From Nitrospirota bacterium (GTDB lineage: Bacteria > Nitrospirota > Thermodesulfovibrionia > Thermodesulfovibrionales > Dissulfurispiraceae): 64,000 bases of DNA. The notes below the pieces were generated by a model, which was not told the origin of the DNA, did no database searches, and saw nothing but the letters and a program-made list of their open reading frames with translations. The position numbers and the translations under genes are program-made. Positions 39,517 to 49,544 of the stretch are shown here, piece by piece; the first letter of the stretch is position 1, and every line of letters begins with the position of its first letter. The stretch spans positions 19,237 through 83,236 of the forward strand of contig JBBIKS010000006.1 in NCBI GenBank assembly GCA_037445375.1, written 5' to 3'.

Positions 39517-41055
39517 TTAATGACTCCTTATAATGAAATTTATAAAAATATCAGCTGTTTGTGGATTGCTGCCGAAATGAATGTGTATATAACTGGCAAA
39601 GGTGTTTTTATATAAAAAACCTTCATTCTCCTGTAACTCACCGCTGCTACTCCTGATTGAATAAATTTTGTTAATGATACCTCCTCTTGCCGATGAAGAC
39701 ATTCCCGATTCTACGACTCCGCTTCGCTCAGTCCGTAAATCTTGGACGGTCCCCTCCACTTGACCCTTAACTATCTCAGAATAATGAAACTCATGACCTC
39801 TCAGAATGCTGCCTTTATAGCCAAGCAGGCAGTCTTCAATCAACTGAACTTCCCTGTAACCCAAGCGTGAGAGTTTGTCTCTCATCTGTGTTTCAAAAGG
39901 AAAGACGCCAGCCATCGCATAATATCCCCCATTATTACCCATCCCTAACCCCTCCAAAGAGGTGTAATATATCCCCTGAGACAGATACATAAGCCCGCCG
40001 CATTCAGCATACAAGGGTTTGCCGGAGTCAGACCATTCATAGATTGCTTTGAGCATCGAGTGGTTTTTTGATAGTCTTTCGGCGTAAAGCTCAGGGTAGC
40101 CACCACCAAGATAAATGGCGTCAATACCATCTGGCAATGAGGAGTCTTCAAGCGGGCTGAAATGAACAATTTCTGCACAGGCATTCCTGAACATATCGAG
40201 GTTGTCTTCGTAATAAAAACAAAAAGCCTTATCATATGCAACAGCTACTCTCTTAAATTGCGGCTGGCAGTTTGCCATTTCAAGGGATTTTATATCTGTT
40301 GAAGCCTTTGAAATCCGAGTCTCAGGCTTTTTGACCTCACTGCATGAAATTATGTCTTTTACATTAATGTGTTTGAGCACAGCATCTGCGAGCTTATTTA
40401 TATTTTTTTCCGTGACAGGGTTTTCTTCGGCAACAGTAAGCCCTAAATGTCTGTGAGGAATCTCAAAATTGATGTCACGGCTTAAATACCCCAAAACCGG
40501 GACTTCCTGAACACCATTTTTTAGTCTTTCATAATGTCTTTCCGATGCCACACGATTGAAGATAACACCTGTAATAAGCGTGGAAGTGCGGAAGTGTAGA
40601 AGTGCGGAAGTCTCTTGAACGTTTTCTGTCGCTCTGCTCCTATGTCGATTTGTCGCACTATATTCCACAAAGCCCTTTACAAGAGCGCCTGCACTCTCAG
40701 CCATGCCATAAGCATCTGCAACAAGAATAACCGGCAGGTTCAGGAGTTCTGCTATAGATGCGGTGCTGAATTGCCCATCATACATCCCCATTACGCCTTC
40801 TATTACGGATATATCGGCTCTCTCAGAGTATTTATAAAAGCATTCTCTCACATAATCCTCCCCGCACATCCATATATCCAGATTTCTCGAGGGAACTCCG
40901 GTTATCAATCTGTGAAGACCTGCATCAATAAAGTCTGGACCACATTTAAAGGGTTGAACCTTAAGCCCCATTGCCTGAAACGCCGCCATTAGCCCCAATG
41001 CTACGGTTGTCTTGCCGCATCCGCTGTGTGTGCCTGCGACGATTACTGCGCGCAT
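39517..41055 (-). CDS. cbiA: Cobyrinate a,c-diamide synthase
   Basis: VAGTHSGCGKTTV P-loop and a C-terminal GATase region (ECGGLMYL). About 50 aa longer than usual because of insertions. Confidence 0.9.
   Translation of the reverse strand: MRAVIVAGTHSGCGKTTVALGLMAAFQAMGLKVQPFKCGPDFIDAGLHRLITGVPSRNLDIWMCGEDYVRECFYKYSERADISVIEGVMGMYDGQFSTASIAELLNLPVILVADAYGMAESAGALVKGFVEYSATNRHRSRATENVQETSALLHFRTSTLITGVIFNRVASERHYERLKNGVQEVPVLGYLSRDINFEIPHRHLGLTVAEENPVTEKNINKLADAVLKHINVKDIISCSEVKKPETRISKASTDIKSLEMANCQPQFKRVAVAYDKAFCFYYEDNLDMFRNACAEIVHFSPLEDSSLPDGIDAIYLGGGYPELYAERLSKNHSMLKAIYEWSDSGKPLYAECGGLMYLSQGIYYTSLEGLGMGNNGGYYAMAGVFPFETQMRDKLSRLGYREVQLIEDCLLGYKGSILRGHEFHYSEIVKGQVEGTVQDLRTERSGVVESGMSSSARGGIINKIYSIRSSSGELQENEGFLYKNTFASYIHIHFGSNPQTADIFINFIIRSH
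40583..40614. repeat. Tandem octamer GAAGTGNN x 4 inside cbiA
   Basis: gaagtgcg gaagtgta gaagtgcg gaagtctc. Encodes ...TSALLHFRTS... Confidence 0.85.
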
Positions 41056-42107
41056 AGATTAGATAACTCCTTGAATAATCTATTAATATCTTGAGGTGAC
41101 TTTACAGCCACCCTTATATATGTCTTGTCGAGACCCCTGAAATTTTTACAGTTTCTTACCAATATATATGATTTATGGAGGCATGAGATGATTTGCTGGG
41201 CATTTATTATGCTTATGAGATAGTAATTTATTTCAGATGGTATAAATTCAATTGAAAGCCCCTTTAGTCCTTGCTCCATCAAGATCTTCCCCTCTGAGAC
41301 TATTCTGTATGTCTCTTTTTTGTAATCGGTGTCCTTTAGGGCAGCTATACCTGCATTTTGAGCAATTGTGCTTACTGTCCATGGTTCCTTATTTTGGAGA
41401 ATTTTTTCGACTATGGACTGATGAAAAACCCCGAAACCGAGCCTTAAAGCAGACAGGGCATAGAACTTTGTCAATGACCTTAAAACGATAAGGTAAGGAT
41501 TATTTTGAACCTCTTTTATGATAGAGCGTCCCGGCAGAAAATCAATAAATGCCTCATCTATAACCAGATAACATTTGAATCGTCTCGCTGCATCAGCTAT
41601 TTGAAGAAGGTCATCAGTTTTTATTAATCTGCCAGTTGGATTATTTGGATTACAGATGAAAGCCATTTCGTATCCATTCATGTTGTTTATGAATTTATCG
41701 GAATCGAGGTCAAAGCTATCTTTTCTGTTCAAAAAAAAGTGTTTTATCTGTGCACCTGTAGCAATGCACGCCCTTTCATATTCAGAGAATGTTGGAGCAG
41801 AAATTATCACGGTTTTTGGTTTCAATGCCCTTGCACACAGATAGATCAACTCGGTGCTTCCGTTGCCACAAATAATGGATTCTGAATCAATGCCGTGATA
41901 TGCGGAAAGTGCATCTCTTAGCTTCTTTGCTTCGGGGTCGGGATAATGATACATTGAGCTCTTGATGCCCTGTATCTCATGTATAACTGATAAGGGCAGT
42001 CCAAGCGGGTTAATGGATGCACTGAAGTCAATTATCCAGCTTTCGGAAATGTTGAATTTCTCTGCATATCTGTATATATTTCCGCCGTGTTCTATCATCT
42101 CATCCAT
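41043..42107 (-). CDS. cobD: L-threonine-O-3-phosphate decarboxylase (class II aminotransferase fold)
   Basis: HisC-like sequence with the PLP lysine in RSLTKFYAL. Context lies between cbiB and cbiA. Confidence 0.8.
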   Translation of the reverse strand: MDEMIEHGGNIYRYAEKFNISESWIIDFSASINPLGLPLSVIHEIQGIKSSMYHYPDPEAKKLRDALSAYHGIDSESIICGNGSTELIYLCARALKPKTVIISAPTFSEYERACIATGAQIKHFFLNRKDSFDLDSDKFINNMNGYEMAFICNPNNPTGRLIKTDDLLQIADAARRFKCYLVIDEAFIDFLPGRSIIKEVQNNPYLIVLRSLTKFYALSALRLGFGVFHQSIVEKILQNKEPWTVSTIAQNAGIAALKDTDYKKETYRIVSEGKILMEQGLKGLSIEFIPSEINYYLISIINAQQIISCLHKSYILVRNCKNFRGLDKTYIRVAVKSPQDINRLFKELSNLCAQ

Positions 42108-42109
42108 CC

Positions 42110-43123
42110 TTATTTAATATAAAGAAAATACAGCACAACTGATGCAATAGCAGCGCCAAATACCGCAGAACACGAAACCACTCTCAACGCCACCCTCGCG
42201 GCTGTTATATAGTTTTGATGCCTCGCTTCTCCAATATAAGGCTTTTTAACCAAAATCCCGCCATAGTATGATGGACCTCCAAGTCTCACTCCCAGTCCGC
42301 CTGCCATTGCAGCTTCCGGTATGCCGCTGTTTGGGCTTGTATGGTTTCCGCCATCCCTCAGCATAATCTGCAATGATATACGGGCAATCGGGATTGAGCG
42401 AAAAACGATGAGAAATGCGATAACGATGAGTATGCCCGTAATTCTTGCTGGAATATAATTCACATAATCATCTAAACGTGCTGATGCCCATCCGAAATTT
42501 ATATATTTCTCATTCTTATATCCAACCATTGAATCCAGAGTATTGATTGCCTTATATGCCATAGCAACAGGAATGCCCCCGATGGTGAGATAAAAAATTG
42601 GAGCTATAACGCCATCTGAGAGGTTTTCGGAAATAGACTCTATGGCTGCCTTGATAATATCTTCTTCTGAGAGATTCTGGGTATCTCTGCCTACTATCAT
42701 ACTTAATTTTGACCTCGCATCTTTGATATTACCTGACTGAACTGCGTCAATAACCCGCTTCACAGAGCGCATTAATTCGCCGGTTGCAATTGTGACAGCG
42801 GTCAAATAAATAAGAAATACAGAGCTGAAAAAAATAACGATACCTGTTGAAAAAGCCTGAACTATCTTGATTATCATAAGAGTTATAAGAAAGACTGGGA
42901 TAACTATAAGAGCTACAAGTAAAATACCTGCAATTTTTTCACCCTTGGTTGTCTTAAAAAATCTCCTCAAAAGGTTTTCAGTCTTACTAATTGCAGCTCC
43001 GATTAATCTGACAGGGTGAGGCAGCCAGCGGGGATCGCCGAGTGCAAGGTCAATAAAGAAAGCTATAATAAAAAAAGCAGGCGGAAGACTAAAAACTGAT
43101 AGTGGGATCAAACCAATTATCAT
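42110..43123 (-). CDS. cbiB: Adenosylcobinamide-phosphate synthase
   Basis: Membrane protein with GDPRWLPHPVRLIG and NSGIPEAAMAGGLGVRLGG. Confidence 0.9.
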   Translation of the reverse strand: MIIGLIPLSVFSLPPAFFIIAFFIDLALGDPRWLPHPVRLIGAAISKTENLLRRFFKTTKGEKIAGILLVALIVIPVFLITLMIIKIVQAFSTGIVIFFSSVFLIYLTAVTIATGELMRSVKRVIDAVQSGNIKDARSKLSMIVGRDTQNLSEEDIIKAAIESISENLSDGVIAPIFYLTIGGIPVAMAYKAINTLDSMVGYKNEKYINFGWASARLDDYVNYIPARITGILIVIAFLIVFRSIPIARISLQIMLRDGGNHTSPNSGIPEAAMAGGLGVRLGGPSYYGGILVKKPYIGEARHQNYITAARVALRVVSCSAVFGAAIASVVLYFLYIK

Positions 43124-44682
43124 AGTCTTATTATCCTCTCTATAAAATCCATATCAAGATTTTCTGATACTATATTGGAAAGATTATTTAATGCCTTTTC
43201 CTTAATATCTTTATAACTTAATGTAAATTTAAGGGGATTTAATCCCTTTAGCTGCCTCATGTAGTCAATGACGCCCCTTCTGAAGGAGTCATTATCAAAT
43301 ATCCCATGGATATAAGTCCCCCAGCAATTGGAGTTTTGAGAGCCGTCAAGATAATGCTTGGTGGAGGAATCTAAAGAACTATCGGAAGCCCTTTTTAGTT
43401 TAAAAAGACCGATATCACCTTCGCTCACTCCCATATGTATTTCATAACCTCTTAATTCCTGAGATGCACTATCCTGACTTAAGAGAGGCAAAAATGGGAA
43501 TATATCCTTGCCCTTTTTGCCATTTAGTATGACATTAACTTGAGATGTAATCTTCAGCTTTTGAAAGGTTGTCTCAATATCCAGAAGTCCTAACCCTTCA
43601 GTCTCCTTAAAATGGCTTTCTACAGAATAAGGGTCGAGTATCCTCCTGCCCAACATTTGGTAGCCGCCGCACATGCCCATTATCTGGATGCCATGATTAA
43701 ATGCCCTCTTTATGCTCTCGTCAAGCCCTGTCTTCTTCAAAAAAAGCAGGTCATTGATTGTGTTTTTGGTGCCGGGTATAATGACCATATCTGCATTCTC
43801 AATCTCAGACGGGTTTTGTGAATAAAAGATATCTACATCTGGCTCGTAAAAGAATGGGTCAAAATCCGTGAAATTGGACATAAATTTAAGCCTGACGACG
43901 ACAATTTTTATTTTTTCATGAACTGACTTGAACTCAATAGGTTTAATTGAGAATGTATTTCTTGAAAGGGCAAGCCCATCTTCTTCCGGCAAGCCAATAT
44001 CCGTTATATATGGCAGAACGCCTATTACGGGTTTACCTGTCTTCTGTTCAATCATCTTTAAGCCGGGGCTTAATATTTCAGGGTCTCCCCTGAACTTGTT
44101 TATTACAAAAGCCCTGATATACCTGCTATGCTTGCCGAGCAGTTTTATCGTCCCATAAAGTGAGGCAAATACTCCACCCTTGTCAATGTCGCCGACCAAT
44201 ACAACTGGAGAATTGACATGCCGTGCAACCGCCATGTTTACGATATCTGCATCCATAAGGTTTATCTCTGCAGGGCTGCCAGCGCCTTCAATAATAATCA
44301 AATCATGTTTCTTTGAGAGCCTGTGGTAAGATGCCTTTACAGCATCCCAAGTCTCTTTTTTGTTGGCATAATACTGCTGGGGCTTCATGTGGCCGACTGC
44401 CTTGCCGTGAATAATTACTTGGGATCCCATCTCACCTGAGGCTTTAAGTAAAACAGGATTCATATCAACTGAAGGCTCAACCCTCGCTGCTTCCGCCTGA
44501 AGCGCCTGCGCCCTGCCTATCTCGCCTCCCTCGATGGTTATATAAGAATTCAAAGCCATATTCTGAGCCTTAAAGGGAGCTACAGTGATCCCCTGATCGC
44601 TAAAATACCTGCATAATGCGGCTACTATAAGACTCTTGCCTACACCTGAGCCTGTTCCCTGTATCATTAAAGCATTAGCCAA
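43120..44682 (-). CDS. cobQ: Cobyric acid synthase
   Basis: MIQGTGSGVGKS and a C-terminal GATase (MGMCGGYQML). Confidence 0.9.
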   Translation of the reverse strand: MANALMIQGTGSGVGKSLIVAALCRYFSDQGITVAPFKAQNMALNSYITIEGGEIGRAQALQAEAARVEPSVDMNPVLLKASGEMGSQVIIHGKAVGHMKPQQYYANKKETWDAVKASYHRLSKKHDLIIIEGAGSPAEINLMDADIVNMAVARHVNSPVVLVGDIDKGGVFASLYGTIKLLGKHSRYIRAFVINKFRGDPEILSPGLKMIEQKTGKPVIGVLPYITDIGLPEEDGLALSRNTFSIKPIEFKSVHEKIKIVVVRLKFMSNFTDFDPFFYEPDVDIFYSQNPSEIENADMVIIPGTKNTINDLLFLKKTGLDESIKRAFNHGIQIMGMCGGYQMLGRRILDPYSVESHFKETEGLGLLDIETTFQKLKITSQVNVILNGKKGKDIFPFLPLLSQDSASQELRGYEIHMGVSEGDIGLFKLKRASDSSLDSSTKHYLDGSQNSNCWGTYIHGIFDNDSFRRGVIDYMRQLKGLNPLKFTLSYKDIKEKALNNLSNIVSENLDMDFIERIIRL

Positions 44683-44685
44683 TAT

Positions 44686-47600
44686 TTACTCCTCTAACAA
44701 AAGCCGTTCTATCTCGTCATAAATCTTGTCAATATTTTGCTGTATCTCGATGGTTTCTTGAATTGCCGTGGCAATTCTGCAATAGGTCTGAATTTCATCA
44801 AGAGACAGTGAGCGTCCTTTCCTGTCCTTCAGCCATTTATCACAGACCTGATAACCACCGATTTGATAGCTCCATACATTTTGTGAAATGCCTTCAAAGT
44901 ACTGGGTCTTGTTGATATGAACAACCCCCTTTAATTCCCCCTTAGCAAAGGGGGACTGTGGGGGTTGTTCATATTTCGGTTTCTCTACCATGTTGTCTCC
45001 CTTCCCCTGAAACCGTGCAATCGGGTTTTGCAGGGGCGAATTGCCATTCGCCGAGTACCTTAACAGGTGAAGGTCAATAAGCCTGTTGCCGTATTCAGAC
45101 ATCTTTTTAAACAGCTTATAATCTTTTGTAAAAGGAACTCTCGGGAAGTCTATCTTTAAGAATTCAGCATACTTTGTGCGGTAAATGTTTGAGTAAAGAA
45201 CGGCATAGATGTAATAAAAGATTTCTTCAGGGGATGGGGGTTTTTTAAATTCTTTTGTTAGTCTTACAACTAATGCTGGCGGCAGGTTCGGCTTTTTTTC
45301 GCCATATTCTGCCTGTTCTTCAAAAAGCATCATAACGCTGCCTAATGAACGTTTCTTAGGTTTATCTTTTTGCTGATAGAGATAAAGGGGAAAGAGGAAT
45401 CCTATTCCTTTATTGCTAAGTGTTACACGGCTTTCTATAATACTATCTGTTATATAGGCATGGTTAAAAGTGCCTTCTGCAACCTGTCTAACAGTCACTA
45501 ACCCCAGATTCTCGCGTATCATATGCCTCATGACTTCTTTTCTTGAACGCTCTATAACCGCCTCATGATAAAAAATGTATCGGACATCAAAAGGCCTATA
45601 TAAAATCTTTGTTATTGCCTCTGTCCAGTTGTCATTTTTTCTGACAGTTTCACGAGCATCTTTCAATTTAAACTTTGAGGTGTCTGCCAGATTAAAGGTT
45701 TGTCGTATGATTTCATCGGGCATTTTTTCGCTTGTAAACATCCTGATCCGCCGTTTGAGGGCTTCTTTATCATCGTCAATTACAAAACCGTCTCTTGACG
45801 TAACTATTCCTACACTATTCACGGGGAAAATATCTGTTATTATGAGATAGGTGTCATATTGCTTTAAAAGCCCTTCGTCTCTCGGTATAAAAAGATAAAA
45901 CTCTGACTTTGGGTTAATCTTTTTCCATTTTGTGGTTTTAATATCGTGTTTGTTGAGCCAATCATATTTATGCTCTCTTATTCCCCATAGTTCAGAGTGA
46001 GAAATCTTCTTCTTAAGACCCTTCTTTTTTACAAACAATGCAATTGCTACTCCCTGCTGAATGTCAAAGACATTTTCGTCTTTAGAGCCGTCGGGGCATT
46101 TCTCTTTTTTAAGACTATTGCCGTGAAGATCAAGAAAATAAATCTCATCAAAACTCTGCATCAATGACTGACGCATACCTCTGAATGTTGGGTTATCAAG
46201 ATAGCTGTGATTTGTAATAAATCCCAAAACGCCTTCGCCTGCCTGTTCAATCTTCCATTGCGCAAAGCGAATAAATTTCACATAATCATCCTGAAGCCAT
46301 TTTGGGTTCTTTTCACCAAGTGGTTTGCTGTCAACCTGATAGTAAGCTTTAATCTCTGATGATATCCATTCTCCAATATTTGATGAATGTCCTGAATACG
46401 GCGGATTTCCTAAAATCACCAATATCGGCTGTTCCTTCTTCACCCTCCCTGCAAGGTGTGATTCTTCAGACAGGGAAGCCATTCCCGGCAGTTCTGTCTG
46501 TGCAAGTTCTTCCATTTCAAGGGTATTTGTCAAATAAAGTTTAAACCTATCATCTTCATGAAGCTTATATCCAAGTTCTTCAAGGAGAAAAGACATTTTT
46601 AAGTGCCCTATTGCATACGGCGCCATCATCAATTCAAAGGCATAGAAGTTTTTTAGAACATGCTCTTTTATGAACTTTTCTTTGCCGCCTTCGCCGTATT
46701 TTGAAGCAAATTCATCAACTGCCAGTTTTGCTGCCTCCGCCAAAAAGGTGAGCGTTCCTGCGGCAGGGTCCAACACCGTTACAGAGGGATTCGCAAAGCC
46801 GTCATCTTTGTTGAAATGCTCTTTCAAAATATGGTGCAGAGAACGGACAATATAAGAGACTACAGGCTCAGGCGTATAATAGACACCCCTTTTCTCTCTG
46901 GTTTTAGGGTCGTATTCTGCAAGAAAAGTTTCGTAGAAATGGACTATGGGGTCTTTGCCTTTGCCCTCGTGGTAGTATTGATGCAGTATCTTGTTTATGT
47001 CTGTGACAGACAGAATTTCAGAAATATCATCAATTATCCATACCATCTGTTGAGGGAGGGAGCCCAAAGAAACAAACTGGAAAACATCTCTCAGGATGCC
47101 TATTGTCTGAGGGATATTGTCATAGGCGAGTTTTCTGTTAAAACCATTCTCTGAACGTGTCCGGGAAGCAAACAGTCCATATGTGATGGTCTGGCTGTAG
47201 AGGTCTGCAAATTCATCAGCCGTTAAACTTCTTATTAAGTAGTCTTTAAATGCCTTATAAAAGCCTAATATAAATCCCTTTCCTGTCCTTTCTTCCCTCC
47301 TCAACTCCTGCGCTATAACCTCATCTTTTAAAAAACGTGTCCTTTTGGCAAGCTCTGTTGCAAGGGTCTTTGGTTCGTAAACCTTAGGAATTGAGAAGGA
47401 AAAAAACTTCTCAAAAAGTTCAAATAGTTCGTTCTCTCTTTCAACAGGCGGTGAAATTTTCAGCTTGTTGAGTATTACAGGTCTGCCGGCAAGGACTTTA
47501 TCAGTCAACGCTCCATTTCGGTAAAGCCTGAACTCAAGGAAATTAGTAAGCATCAGATTGGGGAAGGTGTGCAGGTATCTCTTTAGCTGCTCGGTGTCCT

Positions 47601-47856
47601 CTATCCTGTCGAGATTATCAACGATGGGGTCTTTAGCCTCTATATAACCTGTGATATGCTGTTTTCCATCCCATACCCTGAAATCAGGGTTTCCTGCCTC
47701 TGTTTTTTTAGGCAGGATAGTTATATGGATGTTTTTTTTGTCTATGGAACTGCAATATTCATTAAGCAATTCTGCAAGGGCAGGATAATAGCTCTCTTCT
47801 CGCGCATCGCCGCGATTTGCAGTTTCTGTTAATTTATTCAAATATGGTTTGATCAT
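44686..47856 (-). CDS. Single-chain type IIL/IIG (MmeI-like) restriction-modification enzyme
   Basis: N-terminal D-x9-E-A-K (WDGKQHITGYIEAK). Methylase motif I VLDPAAGTLTF and motif IV NPPY. Type-ISP-like C-terminus (GGYQVCDKWLKDRKGR). Confidence 0.75.
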   Translation of the reverse strand: MIKPYLNKLTETANRGDAREESYYPALAELLNEYCSSIDKKNIHITILPKKTEAGNPDFRVWDGKQHITGYIEAKDPIVDNLDRIEDTEQLKRYLHTFPNLMLTNFLEFRLYRNGALTDKVLAGRPVILNKLKISPPVERENELFELFEKFFSFSIPKVYEPKTLATELAKRTRFLKDEVIAQELRREERTGKGFILGFYKAFKDYLIRSLTADEFADLYSQTITYGLFASRTRSENGFNRKLAYDNIPQTIGILRDVFQFVSLGSLPQQMVWIIDDISEILSVTDINKILHQYYHEGKGKDPIVHFYETFLAEYDPKTREKRGVYYTPEPVVSYIVRSLHHILKEHFNKDDGFANPSVTVLDPAAGTLTFLAEAAKLAVDEFASKYGEGGKEKFIKEHVLKNFYAFELMMAPYAIGHLKMSFLLEELGYKLHEDDRFKLYLTNTLEMEELAQTELPGMASLSEESHLAGRVKKEQPILVILGNPPYSGHSSNIGEWISSEIKAYYQVDSKPLGEKNPKWLQDDYVKFIRFAQWKIEQAGEGVLGFITNHSYLDNPTFRGMRQSLMQSFDEIYFLDLHGNSLKKEKCPDGSKDENVFDIQQGVAIALFVKKKGLKKKISHSELWGIREHKYDWLNKHDIKTTKWKKINPKSEFYLFIPRDEGLLKQYDTYLIITDIFPVNSVGIVTSRDGFVIDDDKEALKRRIRMFTSEKMPDEIIRQTFNLADTSKFKLKDARETVRKNDNWTEAITKILYRPFDVRYIFYHEAVIERSRKEVMRHMIRENLGLVTVRQVAEGTFNHAYITDSIIESRVTLSNKGIGFLFPLYLYQQKDKPKKRSLGSVMMLFEEQAEYGEKKPNLPPALVVRLTKEFKKPPSPEEIFYYIYAVLYSNIYRTKYAEFLKIDFPRVPFTKDYKLFKKMSEYGNRLIDLHLLRYSANGNSPLQNPIARFQGKGDNMVEKPKYEQPPQSPFAKGELKGVVHINKTQYFEGISQNVWSYQIGGYQVCDKWLKDRKGRSLSLDEIQTYCRIATAIQETIEIQQNIDKIYDEIERLLLEE
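44917..44972. repeat. 56-bp nested perfect palindrome inside the RM coding sequence
   Basis: Outer arms ATGAACAACCCCC / GGGGGTTGTTCAT. Inner hairpin TCCCCCTT-AGCA-AAGGGGGA. Read in frame it gives YEQPPQSPFAKGELKGVVH. Confidence 0.9.
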
Positions 47857-47869
47857 ACTATAGCGATTG

Positions 47870-48562
47870 CTACTCTATATTATAATTTAATAGTTTTACC
47901 ACCGGATACTTTTCCCAGAACTCAATGATATTTACCGCCGCATTATCCTGTTCAATCCTGAATATATGTTCAAGCGGAATCTCAAGAAAATGGCATAATA
48001 TAATCCTGTTAACCCCTCCGTGAGCAACGATGGCAATATTTTCTGCCTGTGTCTTGTGATTATCCATAATACCCTCAACAGCCTTTATTACCCTGTCTCT
48101 TACTTCAAGGGTATTTTCGCCGTTTAGAGGAGAATACTTTAGGGGATTAGCAGCCCACTTTTCAAACTCAAATGGATATTTGTCCTTAATCTCAAGGAAT
48201 GTCATGCCTTCCCATACGCCGAAACACCTTTCTCTCAGGTCAGGCACTACCACAGGCTTTAATCCAGACGGCTCTGCTACAATCTCAGCACTCCTTAATG
48301 CCCTGCTTAAGCTTGAGGAATAAACGGCGGTTAAAGCTGCGGGGTCGCTTCTGTTTATTGATATATCGCTGTGCAAATCTTTTAAATAGTCTGTATGCCT
48401 CAAAGCAGCTGATTTTTGGATATGCTTATGTATAAATTCAGAAGACCTTTTGATCTGCTCCTCACCTCTTGGGGAAAGGGGGACATCAATACTGCCTTTG
48501 TATCTCTTTACATCATCGCCCTCAGTTGCGCCGTGCCTTATCAGATATAAAGTCGTGACCAT
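47870..48562 (-). CDS. cobC: Alpha-ribazole phosphatase (histidine phosphatase family)
   Basis: LIRHGAT catalytic motif and HGG later. Context with cobS. Confidence 0.8.
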   Translation of the reverse strand: MVTTLYLIRHGATEGDDVKRYKGSIDVPLSPRGEEQIKRSSEFIHKHIQKSAALRHTDYLKDLHSDISINRSDPAALTAVYSSSLSRALRSAEIVAEPSGLKPVVVPDLRERCFGVWEGMTFLEIKDKYPFEFEKWAANPLKYSPLNGENTLEVRDRVIKAVEGIMDNHKTQAENIAIVAHGGVNRIILCHFLEIPLEHIFRIEQDNAAVNIIEFWEKYPVVKLLNYNIE

Positions 48563-49347
48563 GTTATCACCATTAGAAGAAATATTAATTCTGTAAGCTC
48601 GCTTAATGCTCCGAGAGTATCACCTGTCAGTCCGCCGAATCTATCAGCGCATAACTTTATCCAGCGCCAGCTAAAGAGATACAGAAAAATGAGCAGGACA
48701 ATATTAAAGAGATATTGTGTTTCAGGTGCAAATCGGATAAAAATTATCTGAAAAACCACCAATGTTATAATTAATATCATGGTCGTGAAGGCAAATTCCT
48801 TTCCCTTCACGCTGTCTATAAAAATCTTTCCTAATCCGTCACTCCTTGCGGATGAACCGTGAAACATCGCCGTCAACATAGTCCATTTAGAAATCATCGG
48901 CATGAAAAGAAGCGTTGAATAATACATGTAATAAGACATGTGCGATATACCCTTCAGTGAAAGATATTTTAGCGCCAAAATAAATATTATGGCTGTAATC
49001 CCGATAGGTCCTGCTGTTGAGTCCTTCATTACTGCAAGCCGTTTCTGCCTGTCATGAGCTGCATCTCCCGAAGATTTAACTGACAGGGCGTCAAATGTAT
49101 CCGAAAGACCGTCAAGGTGAAAGCCCCCGTTTAAGAGAACGAGAAACAGGAGCATCAGGGCTATGGCAAGTTCTTCATGAAAGACATAGTTAAATGCAAC
49201 GCTCGCAGCAATCAGTAAAACACCTTGCAAAAAACCCACAAAGATAAAAGCATATGAGCTTCTTGCAATGTCGGATTCACTATATGTCGTTTTTACTCTT
49301 ATAGGGATAATCGTTAAAAACTGTAAAGCTATCAGAAAACTTCTCAT
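48541..49347 (-). CDS. cobS: Adenosylcobinamide-GDP ribazoletransferase (cobalamin synthase)
   Basis: Polytopic, with LDGLSDTFDAL and GGLTGDTLGA motifs. Confidence 0.9.
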   Translation of the reverse strand: MRSFLIALQFLTIIPIRVKTTYSESDIARSSYAFIFVGFLQGVLLIAASVAFNYVFHEELAIALMLLFLVLLNGGFHLDGLSDTFDALSVKSSGDAAHDRQKRLAVMKDSTAGPIGITAIIFILALKYLSLKGISHMSYYMYYSTLLFMPMISKWTMLTAMFHGSSARSDGLGKIFIDSVKGKEFAFTTMILIITLVVFQIIFIRFAPETQYLFNIVLLIFLYLFSWRWIKLCADRFGGLTGDTLGALSELTELIFLLMVITWSRLYI

Positions 49348-49385
49348 TTTTTACCTGATGAGAGCGATTCTTTTATCATAAAAAT

Positions 49386-49544
49386 GGGAGGCATGGCTAC
49401 GAAGAAAGCCATAAGCAACACATTACAGCATATCGCTCAATGTTTAAAATCTCTTGCTTTTTCACTTCACAAGTATGTAAACCGTCGGGTGAATTAGATT
49501 AAAACTATGTTGCATTTATGGGTTTCTGAGTAGTCATGCCTCCC
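49386..49544. repeat. Long-range 15-bp inverted repeat bracketing the cobT-cobS spacer
   Basis: GGGAGGCATGGCTAC (49386-49400) pairs with GTAGTCATGCCTCCC (49530-49544). The one mismatch is a G-U pair on one RNA strand. Confidence 0.7.
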
